From Podarcis bocagei (Eukaryota): a stretch of 64,000 bases of DNA. Where the stretch lies: assembly GCA_964188305.1 (NCBI GenBank), contig OZ076901.1. One strand, 5' to 3'. Within the stretch, counting starts at the first letter, position 1; every line of letters starts with the position of its first letter. The position numbers were made by a program, and so were the translations under genes. Positions 1 to 10,235 of the stretch are shown one piece after another. The notes beneath the pieces were generated by a model, which saw nothing but the letters and a program-made list of their open reading frames with translations, searched no databases and was not told where the DNA came from.

Positions 1-84
1 GTGCTTCATCTCCATTATCTCCACCATGTACAGGTCTATTGGTTCTTCTGGTTTTCTGATGGCCAAAATGGCATCTACGACGGC
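1..84 (-). CDS. CCT6A: CCT6A (chaperonin CCT zeta) exon 5, partial, runs off the left edge
   Basis: AG acceptor at 85-86; encodes [28 protein letters not shown] in phase with exon 4. Confidence 0.95.
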
Positions 85-437
85 CTGGAAAGAGAAAAAG
101 CAGCCCCCATCAAAGGCCACTCCAAGACCTAGCAAGCCTCTCCCCAAATATCTACCCTCTGCTGATGCAGTGGGAGCTTAGCGGCCATAAGACTAGGAGG
201 AAGGCCAGAACACCAATGGTAGGTGGAGCCAGAGGCAATGAGGCAGAGCCACCTCCTGATTGGTTGCAGGTAAGAAGGCCAGCAGGTGTGGCCAGGCTGA
301 GTAGAGGCTGGTGGGGCAACCCCCCCCCCTCACCCTAAAGGACCAGCCTCCACTGCTGCTCTCCTTCTAATCAAAACATGAAAGCTCACCTCTTTTTCTC
401 CTGAAGCAGAAAACTAAGAGGGCTCTTGAATGCTCAC

Positions 438-611
438 CTCTGTAAGGATATCGGCAAGCTCAGCATGGACCTTCGTGCGGAGGGAGGTTCGGGCCACATC
501 CAGGAGAGTCTCCCGGTCCATTTCCTTGACCACTTTGACTTGCTCCAAGACCTGGAGGGCTTTTTCCTTGGCAGCTTCAAACCCTTCCGTGACTATTCGA
601 GGGTGCAAACC
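438..611 (-). CDS. CCT6A: CCT6A exon 4 (174 nt)
   Basis: [19 protein letters not shown]...[10 protein letters not shown]; AG acceptor and GTGAG donor. Confidence 0.97.
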
Positions 612-1003
612 CTAACATCAAAGCAAGCAATTAAAAAAATTCTGCACACTTCCACCACCCTCTTAATATTTTCAGTCATGCGCTATTGGGCAAAGCAGGG
701 GGGGGCATCAACCATACTGGAATCTCACAACGTAACAGATCCACAAGATCATTCAAAAACGGATTGAATGGAGTAGGGACAAGAACATACATCCTTTCCT
801 AACTCCCCAGGTAATGAGTATATCCTTATAAGCCTTAATACGGCAAAGAAGCCTTCCACAAGAGCACCATCCAATTTCTGCCATAACTTGACCCTGGAGA
901 TCAGAATCAAAACCTGCCTTTAAATCTGTGAAGGCAATAAAAAGTTTCCCCTGCAAGAATCTTGTCAATTTTTCATCAAGGAACAAGTCTGCTCCCAAGG
1001 ATC

Positions 1004-1135
1004 AACTGTCCTGCCCTTTTGAATACATTTGAAAGGAAATATGTTCCTTGCAATGCAGAGGGTAAAGCACAGGTTACTCTAGCACAGAGTTATGCCAAGG
1101 GAACTACAGAGCTCACTTGGGTGTTCACCGTGCAA
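1004..1135 (-). ncRNA. SNORA22: H/ACA snoRNA SNORA22 in CCT6A intron 3
   Basis: Minus strand TTGCACGGTGAACACCCAAGTGAGCTCTGTAGTTCCCTTGGC...TGTGCT-AGAGTA (H box)...AAATGTATTCAAAAGGGCAGG-ACA-GTT. It closely resembles human SNORA22 as I recall it, and CCT6A is a known SNORA22 host. Confidence 0.9.
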
Positions 1136-1562
1136 TGGGATTTGAAGGCTCCATAAATTTTCACACAGACAACTGTTGATTACACCACAAAGAAGCAGAT
1201 GTATGAAGAAAGCAGCCTCCCCCAAACTGCTGACCTTCAGCTGTTTCGGACTGCAACTCCCATCGGCCCCTGGTCTAAAGAAACATAGAAGTCCAGCTCT
1301 GCGGTAAAGATGCCAGACAGATGAGCTCCACCCCTTCCAAAAATATATATTCTAGTGTCAGAGACTACAGCAGAAATTCCTCCTGTATCATCCATTTCAT
1401 CTTTATCCAAAGGCTTGTGCCAGCATCACTAAAACGATGAAACCTCACAAGTGAATTTATTTAATCTGAAAATAAAGAGTAGCCCAGCACCTAAAAAAAC
1501 CCCAAAACAAAACAAAACAAACAGCATAGGGCAAATAAAAAAGTAAGAAAGCTGCCACACAC

Positions 1563-1697
1563 CTCTGAAATGTAGAGATCTGCCTGCTTGAGCAATTCCC
1601 CAATGATGAGAACATTGGAAGTGGTCCCGTCGCCAGTGATGTCATCCTGCGCTGTTGCTACTTTGGCAATCAAGGAGGCCGTCGGGTGCTGGATTTG
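1563..1697 (-). CDS. CCT6A: CCT6A exon 3 (135 nt)
   Basis: [45 protein letters not shown] with the chaperonin GDGTTS ATP-binding motif; canonical splice sites. Confidence 0.97.
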
Positions 1698-2396
1698 CTG
1701 CGAGATACAAGGGGAACAATAACCAAAAGAGTTATCCCTCATCAGTGTGCTTTCCCATCAGCCCAACACTGAGCCTTGCATACGTATTTTCCGCATCTTA
1801 TGCCACGATCCGAACCAGAGAAGGAACCGGGCTTTGATGGTGAACAGTCACTTCAAAACTGCATGTTAATTTTCATATATTCTGAGGTAAACAAAGATAT
1901 ATCCCAATGCAACCATGTTAAACAGTTGAAAGAGGAAAATGAATGAAAGCTATGTTCCAAAGTATAAAAAAGACACACCCTAAGAGTGATCCTTCAAGAA
2001 GATCTGCCATTCCCTAATCTGGAGGAGCCTTCCAGTTATTGTTGGGATCCCCATCATCATCCCCAAATGTTGACTGTGGTGGCTGATGGGAGGCAGAGCT
2101 CAGCAGCAACTGAAAGGCTGGACTAGACATCTGGGGTTGTACCCAACTAAAGTCATATGCAATTAAGTTACTGATATCAATGGATCTAAGATTATCAATT
2201 TAAATGGGTGCACTCTGAGGACTTAGTTGGATACACCTCATGGTTTTAAGGTTGCCTATAATCTTCCACGTTATGAACCTCTGATGGGCAGTTATGTTCA
2301 ACCTGCTGCCAATTCTTCATGCCTACAGTTACCACCACAAACCTCCAGATTATGCCAATGGCATCTTAGTGGACTCCAGGGGAGAGAAGAACTCAC

Positions 2397-2460
2397 CATC
2401 TCGTGAAGCAAGACGTTGCCATCTTTGGTAAGTTTGATATCTCCAGCACCAGACACAAGC
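2397..2460 (-). CDS. CCT6A: CCT6A exon 2 (64 nt)
   Basis: (M)LVSGAGDIKLTKDGNVLLHEM; CAG acceptor and GTGAGT donor; phase consistent. Confidence 0.96.
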
Positions 2461-3379
2461 CTGTGTGGGGACAGAGCACAGCCATCAACCCTCTGGTCCC
2501 AGCCTCCTCTTGCTGAGGACAGGAGGTGATTATAGCGAAGTCATCCCTGCTGCAGCCAGCATATGCAAAATGACTCATTTTTTAGGTAAAGGGATCATGC
2601 CACAACCAGATACTAGTCCTTCTTTTGGGAAGGATGAGGAGCAATGTTGGAGCTGCTTCTAAGCACCTCTGCCTGCCCACTTGTGAAAGGCCAGGTGGGT
2701 CCTTGTAGCTGTGTACAAGATGAACCCTGCTGGTTCAGACCAAAGGCCTATCTAGGACCAGCATTCTGTTCAAACCATGGCTAACCAAATGCCTCTGGCA
2801 AGCCTGAAAGCAGGATATGAATACAAACAGCCTCTCCCACTCATGATGCCCTAGCAATTGGTATTCAGAGGCATAGTACACCAATACTGGAGGTAATATG
2901 CAACCACGGACAGGCTTATCCTCTATTTTGGGAAAGGCTAGCCAAAAATTGCTGCCCCCCACTCAGTACATAAGAAGCTGTCTTATACCAAGTCAGGACA
3001 TTTCTCCATCTAGCTCAATTGTTGACGCTTACTGACAGCACCTCTCCAGTTTCAGACGGGGATCTGCTCCCCCCTGCCCCACCCAAGATCCATCAACCAG
3101 CCCCTGCTGCAAAAGACATACATTTAGAATTAAGTAACTAGAAGACTAAGATTTTATTTGGAAGCCAAAACGGAACTCAGACCTTTTATACAAAAACCCA
3201 CTCCAGGACACCCCCATCCAGTATAATTTAGGCACAAGGGGGTGGGTAGTTTATTGCCTATTGTTAGAATTTGGAGTCAGAAATGTGTTTGTCTACTGCA
3301 AGCTGCCCAGGCAGCTAGCAGTAAGTATACTGCAAGTTGCTCAGAGATAAACTTTATGCCCACCCCTGTTGTGTGTGTG

Positions 3380-3420
<41 letters not shown>

Positions 3421-3421
<1 letters not shown>

Positions 3422-3791
3422 TTTCGTAGATTTTCACGGGTACAGGAATGCAGGTTTTGGTGTCTTCGGGTGTCTTCCCGTGTAAGAGTTGGGGTGTCTA
3501 GGCGACGTTTCGACGAGGTCTCACTCGTCATCTTCATTTTTGGTGTCTTCGGGTGTCTTCCCGTGTAAGAGTTGGGGTGTCTAGGCGACGTTTCGACGAG
3601 GTCTCACTCGTCATCTTCAGATTGAAGATGACGAGTGAGACCTCGTCGAAACGTCGCCTAGACACCCCAACTCTTACACGGGAAGACACCCGAAGACACC
3701 AAAATGAAGATGACGAGTGAGACCTCGTCGAAACGTCGCCTAGACACCCCAACTCTTACACGGGAAGACACCCGAAGACACCAAAACCTGC

Positions 3792-3793
<2 letters not shown>
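3421..3793. mobile_element. Penelope-like element terminal-repeat remnant: two direct units plus two inverted units, each with a minimal hammerhead core, inserted in (TA)n
   Basis: 82/83-nt unit present four times; inverted arms 3448-3619 and 3623-3793; motif (C)TGAAGA-T-GACGAG-tgagac-CTCGTC-GAAACGTC; flanked by (TA)n at 3381-3419 and 3792-3810. Confidence 0.75.
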
Positions 3794-3840
<47 letters not shown>

Positions 3841-4699
3841 AAAACAAACAGGCCCAGGTTCCTTTCCTAATTTTCTTTGCAGCTGCTTTGCCTCACCAAA
3901 CAACAGATGACTCCAGTACTCTTCGGAGTTGTGCAAGAGAGGGAACTCTTGACACATTTGAATGATCATCACATATGGTCAAGTCATACTATGGATGCAT
4001 CAAGCCCACTGCTGTCTCATCCAAATGACAGCAGCTCACAAAGAATAGATTTGTAATTGTGAATGGAAGTCCAAGATGAGATAAGTCTGTGGTACCAAAA
4101 CAAATTATTTGGCTGAGCACATGCTCAGATACACCCTGCTCCTTAACTCGAGGTGTACAGCTCAGCCTGCACCAGCATTTTGTTCTGGCTCTATAGCTTG
4201 AGGATCTCAATGCTAGATAGTAAAAATCTTAAGCAAATCCATCAAGCCTGAAAGCCTATCCACCTCTGCTGTGGGCAATAGAGAGCCTGGTAGGCTAATG
4301 GCCTGACTCTGCTTCACCTCATACCCCCAGGGTAGTGGCAGATGCCATAGTATTACAGTTCAACATTTCTGGGGGGGGGGGGAGAGATTAGGAATCAATC
4401 AATAACGATAGCATTAATGACGAGTTGGACAATGGGAACCCAGCCAGATGGGCGGGGCATAAATAATAAATTACTATATATTATTACTCATTTTTCTCTA
4501 GAGCAGACCCACTAAAATTAATGGCCTACACTAGTTGTGCCATTATTATTATTACTATTTTTATTTATTACTCGCTCTTCACCCGAAGGTTCCTCTGGGC
4601 GGGTTACAACATTAAAGCATAGTATTTAAATCATCTTAATTCCAATGGGTCTACTATGAGCAGGGCTAACCAAATCATTGTACACATGCACACGCTGGT

Positions 4700-5330
4700 C
4701 TAGAGTCCCTAGCCGGCTCGGGGTTCATTGGCACGCTCTGCGCACGCGCCGCCATTTCCGCCCTCGAGCGCCACGCGGGTGGGCTGAGATCGACGTGGCC
4801 ACGCCCATCCCGGCATCCACGCTCCTTCCCCTCCCCCCCCCGCGCCCACCGGCCTCCCCCATCCCCCCAATTCTTCCCCTCTCCTCACATCTTCATGGTT
4901 CCTTTAGGGCCGAGGTTGGTCCTCAGCACGTCCTGCAGGCCCCGCGCCGCGCTGATGTTGACGGCGAGAGCCGCCTGGGCCCTCGCCACCTCGGCCTTGG
5001 GGTTCAGCGCCTTCACCGCCATGTCGGCCGCCCGCCTCGAGGAAAAGGAAAGGGAGTGATAAGAGAAAGGGGCGTCCCCGCGCATGCGCAGGCGTCGACA
5101 GGGCGGGGGTTGTGGCGTCCTAGCCCCTTCTAGAATACTCCGCCGTTTCGGGGGCCCGCCTCTCAGCTCCCATTGGTCCGGCGTACCCGTCGCTCAGGAG
5201 GAAGCCGCCTCGGGCGCAAACGGTGGCGGCCTGGATAGCAGTTAGAGACGGTTGCTATGCAAAATCGTGGCAGGCCTCGGCCCCGGCGTTGGCAAACTAG
5301 GCCATGAATATGCATAAGCGCCTCGTGCTA
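4700..5330. promoter_or_regulatory. CpG-island promoter of CCT6A, probably bidirectional with PSPH
   Basis: CpG-rich; NRF1 palindrome GCGCATGCGC 5080-5089; GC box 5101-5108; HSE-like TTCtaGAA 5128-5135; CCAAT (minus) 5172-5176; YY1-like CGCCATTT ~4750; CCT6A and PSPH are divergent. Confidence 0.8.
4889..5022 (-). CDS. CCT6A: CCT6A exon 1, coding part (134 nt)
   Basis: ATG at 5022; [44 protein letters not shown](M); GTGAGG donor; lies in a CpG island. Confidence 0.97.
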
Positions 5331-7260
5331 TATTCATGATGTCTTACTCTGAGGCAAATTAAGTGTTTCCCTTTAAGGATCTAAATAATTTTATATAAAT
5401 AATTCATAGCACTAGTATTTATTTTTAACCTATGTTTAGGTTACCTAAACCTCACCTCCTCCTCACCTCCTTCAATATAGATACAGATAGATATAAAACG
5501 CAGTACTGATATACATTTTTTAATGAAATACACAAAAATATGTATAGCATAATGATTTAATATATAGTATCTCATGCTATGTCTATAATTAGTTGGGCAT
5601 ATTACTACATAATATGTTATATAAAGTACTGTATTTAATGTATTGGTGTAGCACGTAACACTTTTTAAATCCTACATTTTAAATACTAGAATTACGGGTT
5701 ATATGTCTAATTTTATTTATTTGCAATTATTTGTGACCCACTCATTCTCTGATAAGTAAAAACACAACAAAATACCAAATAATTGAGAGTGGTGAAACTC
5801 AGGAGCAGTCCAAACAACTGGTGTCATTTTAGATCAAGGGTAAGTATGTATATTTTAACTTTTCCATCTGGCTTTCTTTATCAGTTAAATTTGCATCCTG
5901 ATTGTTGAGCAGGGACTCCAAAGGGACTCAACAGCATTTCTAACAGCATTATTGATTTACTTAAAATGTTTCTGCCCTGCAGTTCATTGTGAAGGTGGTA
6001 TGGAGAATGAAGAATTCAGAAGGAATTAGAAAGCGGACAAGCAGACAGTCTGAAAGAGTGTTTCAGTATGTAGAACCATGTGGCTTCTTGGGATAGAAGC
6101 AGCACAATGCAAGGATGTGAATTGGCAGACAGAAAGAAACAGAAGGGAAGGCTTTGAGAGCCGCATAGGACAGAACTGAGCCCTAGGATTACAATACTGA
6201 CCATTGAGGAAATCCGCAAGATACATGCCCTCAGGGAATCTGTTTTTCCCCGCCAACGCACCAAGAAATGTAGCCTTATGAGGCTTTGCCCTCGGGTGGG
6301 AAAAATATTGCGCCTGGGAAAGGGAAGTGGGAGTCAACAGACACTCAAGGAATAGTTTCGGAGAAAAGGCTTTTATTTCTACCATCCATGAACTGGTAGA
6401 AGGAGCAAGTGTGATAAGTCACAAAAAGCATGCACAAAGTTCACAATCATGTGCACAAGCATATATATCCCTTCCATGCGGCAGCAGAGTTAAACTATGG
6501 AAGTCACTCCAACAGGTGGTGGTGATGGCCACCAGCTGAGATGGCTTTAAAAGAGGACTGGACAAATTTATGGAGGGAAGGGCTACCAATGGCTACTAGC
6601 CACAATGGCAGGTCCTCCCAAATGTCCTTATTTTCTAGGGATGTCACTGATTTAGAGAAACTGTCCCAGTTTCTGATTTGATCCCAGAATGTCCCACTTT
6701 TCCTTAGGATGCCCCTATTTGTTGAAAGGTATGGAGTTGTCTGACCCCCGAGCTGTCTGAAGGCAATCCTGTACTGCATAGGGAAGGTTTTTTAAAGGTT
6801 TAATGTTTTATTATGTTTTTATATATGTTGGAAGTGGCTGGGGCAACCCGGTAAGATGTGTGGGGTATAAATAGTAAAATTATCATTATGGAATGGGACA
6901 TCCCTATTTTAATCGGAGAAAAGTTGGAGGGTATGCAATGGTTCTTCTCTGCCTCCACTGTTGGAGGGATCAATGCTTCTGAATACCAGTTTCTGGAAAC
7001 CACAGGATGGGAGAGGGCTTGTGCTGAGGTCCTGCTTGCAGGTTTCCCACAGGCATCTGGTTGGCCACTGTGCAAACAGGATGTTGGACTAGATGGGCCC
7101 TCTGTGGCCTGATCCAGCTGCATGCTTTACCCCCAAAGAATTCTGGGAACTATAGTTTGTTAAGGGTGCTGGGAATAGTAGCTCTCCAATTGATAAATTT
7201 CAGGATTCTTTGGGAGGAAGTTGATTGCTTTAAATGTAGGGTGTGGATGTGGCTTTAATA

Positions 7261-7502
7261 CAGTGGTACCTCAGGTTACATACGCTTCGGGTTACATACG
7301 CTTTAGGTTGCAGACTCCGCTAACCCAGAAATAGTACCTCGGGTTAAGTACTTTGCTTCAGGATGAGAACAGAAATCATGCTTCGGCGTCGCAGTAGCAG
7401 CAGAAGGCCCCATTAGCTAAAGTGGTGCTTCAGGTTAAGAACAGTTTCAGGTTAAGAACGGACCTCCGGAACGAATTAAGTACTTAACCCAAGGTACCAC
7501 TG
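7261..7502. mobile_element. Non-autonomous Tc1/mariner (Tigger-like) MITE
   Basis: TIRs CAGTGGTACCT...AGGTACCACTG, TA target duplication; same family as 57896-58143. Confidence 0.85.
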
Positions 7503-8459
7503 TAGTCCCATTTTGGCACCAGTCCTGTCAGCTCTCACCATCTGAAGTCACTAACAGAGGGTGTGATGTTTTAGAGATGTTTTTCACAGCAGATATTAAT
7601 ATTTAATATCTCATAAAGAAATATTCAACTTTTCTATAGCAGGTGTCAGTGTACACATTTTTAGCAATTTCCCGTATACTTTCAGCTTAGAATTCCATCG
7701 TGGTCCCTTCATGGTGTGATGTGCTTCAAGAAAAGAGGAAACAGGTACCAAAATCTCTCTTTCTAACTTTTCAGTAAGTTACATTGGTTACATTTTTATA
7801 GACATTTATTTCTTCTGTTTTTTGCCTTTGTTTGTGTAAAGGCTTTGTGTAAAGGCTTTGTGTAAGCAACCCTGTAAAGTTAGCTACTGTTGTTATGCCC
7901 ATGGATCAGGAATAGGAATCCTATGGCTCTTCAGGAACTGTTGGACCATTTTTCTTAATCATTGGTCATGTTGGCTGAAGGTGAAGGGAGTTGGTGTCTG
8001 GAAGTCCACAGGTTAGTCTCACCTGTGATAAAAGCTTTGTAAAATTAACTTAGATTCATTGCCATTCAGTTGGGCCTCATTCTGAGTCAACATGATTGCA
8101 GTTGGGATGTTTGACTAACTTAGAAGGAAGATTTTTTCCCAGGATGTGGTTGATGTTTTCCTAAACCACTTGAAGGGAAGCTCATACATCATTTTCCTTG
8201 CCCTCCCAATCTGTAAACTGCCCCCACATATTTGTCTATGATGGGCACTGGGTTTATCTGCACTGTGTGTATAGCCAACCAGTAGAGGGCAATGCAGCCA
8301 TACCCAGTCAGGAAGTTTGTGTTCATACTTGGTTTACTGCACACTTACTGCGCTTCCTGTGCTGGGTTTTTAATGTATGTTCACATGAGGTTGTCCAAAA
8401 TGCAGGTTGTTATAAGATACTACTGCTTGATGCTCTTTTTCTCAAACCAGCTTCATGAT

Positions 8460-8617
8460 TGCTGGAATAGCCCAATTGGTAGATTGAGCATGAAACTATA
8501 ATCTCAGGGTCGTGGGTTCAAGCCCTACATTGGGCAAAAGATTCCTGCATTGCAGGAGTTGGACTAGATGACCCTCACAACATTTTCTAACTCTACAATT
8601 TTATGATTCTGTGATTC
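8460..8617 (+). mobile_element. tRNA-Lys-derived SINE with CR1-type 3' tail
   Basis: Degenerate tRNA-Lys head (AATCTCAGGGTCGTGGGTTCAAGCCC) followed by ggactagatgacc...attctgtgattc. Confidence 0.7.
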
Positions 8618-8942
8618 ATACCAGTTGTAATCCTGTAAGCCATTCATCTCTCTTTGCATAGGGAAAAACATCAGTGCCCTCTAGGTTGCTAATGTGAACA
8701 CTCCCTTAGTCAGACCATCATATCCCTCTCTTATAATACTAGAACTCAGTGGAGCCATTCAATGAAGCTGAATGTTGGAAGATTTAGAACAGACGAAATG
8801 AAGTCTTTATACATGCAGCACATAGCTGAACTATGGAACGAACCCACTCTTGCAGGAGGCAGTGATGACCACCAACTTGATGGCTTTAAAGCAGGATTGG
8901 ACAAATTCATGGAGGAAAGGGTTATCGTCTTTAGTGATCACT

Positions 8943-10235
8943 CATAGCCGAGTAAGATTGTCTTCCATGAACATGGTCTTAACGGCGTGTCCATAAGTGA
9001 CTGTGGAGGTCAATTCTGGATCCACACCTCCTTCCACAGTGGGGGCATAGGTTTCCGGGTGGGAGTTGATAATGGAGAGGGCTTGCCAAATATGCCTTCC
9101 TCTTAGTTCGTTTCTCACTTTTGTCCTGAGTTCGAGAGTCTTCAAAATCCATGGGTAAAGGCTGTTGTCCAACTGGAGCACTCACAGACCAGTGTTTTCC
9201 AATTGTCAGTGTTTATACTACATTTGTTTAGATTTGCCTTGAGAGAGTCTTTAAACCTCTTTTATTGACCGCCAACATTATGCTTTCCATTTTTAATTTT
9301 GGAATAGAGTAGTTGCTTTGGAAGATGATAATCCAGCATCTGAACAACATGTCTAGTCCAACAAAGTTGATGTTGAAGAATCATTGCTTCCACATTGGTG
9401 ATCTTTGCTTCCTCACATTGGTTTGCCTGTCTTCTCAAGTGATATGTAAAAAGATTTGGAGACACTCTTGATGGAATCTTTTGAGGAGCTGGAGATGGCA
9501 TTTATAAGTGGTCCACGTTTCACAAGCTTACAATAAAGTTGGTAGTACAGTAGTTTTGTAAACAAGTGTTTTGGTTTTCCTGCAAAAGTCCCGGTACTCA
9601 AACACTCTGCACTTCAGTTGGGAGAAAGCTGCACTCACAGAGTTCAGGCAGTGCTGGATTTCTGCATCAATGTTGGCCCTTGTGGAAAGATAACTCCCCA
9701 GGTAGGAAAAGTGATTGACATTTTCCAAGGTTATACCGTTAAGTTTGATTTGTGGCGCTGCAGAGGGGTTGTTTTGTGCTTGTCAGTGCAGCACTGTGGT
9801 CTTTTGGATGTTGAGTGATAGGCCAAGCTTTTTGTAAGCTTCTGCAAAGATATTTAGGATGGTTTGGAGGTCATCCTCTGAGTGTGCACACACTACGTTC
9901 TCATCAGCATATTGAAGCTCTATGACGGAAGTTATGGTAACCTTACTCTTTGCTTTCAGCCTACTAAGTTAAAGAGCTTTCCACCTGTTTGATATATGAT
10001 ATCTAGCCCGGTGGGGAGTTTCCCTTTGACAATGTGTAGGATCATAGCAATGAAAATAATAAATAGAGTTGGGACGATAACACATCCCTGTTTAACACCT
10101 CATCCCGCTGTGAATGGTTCACTTTGAGAGCCATTGTTATCTGTGATGGTTGCTGTCATAATATCGTGGAGGATGTTCACAAATTTATCTGGGCAGCCGA
10201 AGGACATGCCACAGGGCATTATGATTTACAGTGGC
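8943..10235 (-). mobile_element. RTE-clade LINE 3' fragment (decayed RT C-terminus)
   Basis: Broken ORFs: NHFSYLGSYLS...IDAEIQHCL, PKQLLYS, CPHCGRRCGSRIDLHSHLWT zinc-knuckle; frameshifted. Confidence 0.85.

Noticed and set aside
3455-3790. Repeat array resembling CRISPR, and ORFs 3242-3568, 3277-3537, 3534-3752, 3658-3972
   Set aside because: Units abut with no unique spacers, there are no cas genes and the context is a vertebrate intron; the ORFs are by-products of the palindrome and microsatellites
8460-8535. tRNA-Lys gene
   Set aside because: Insertion in the D arm, mutated anticodon arm and a CR1-type tail show it is a SINE head
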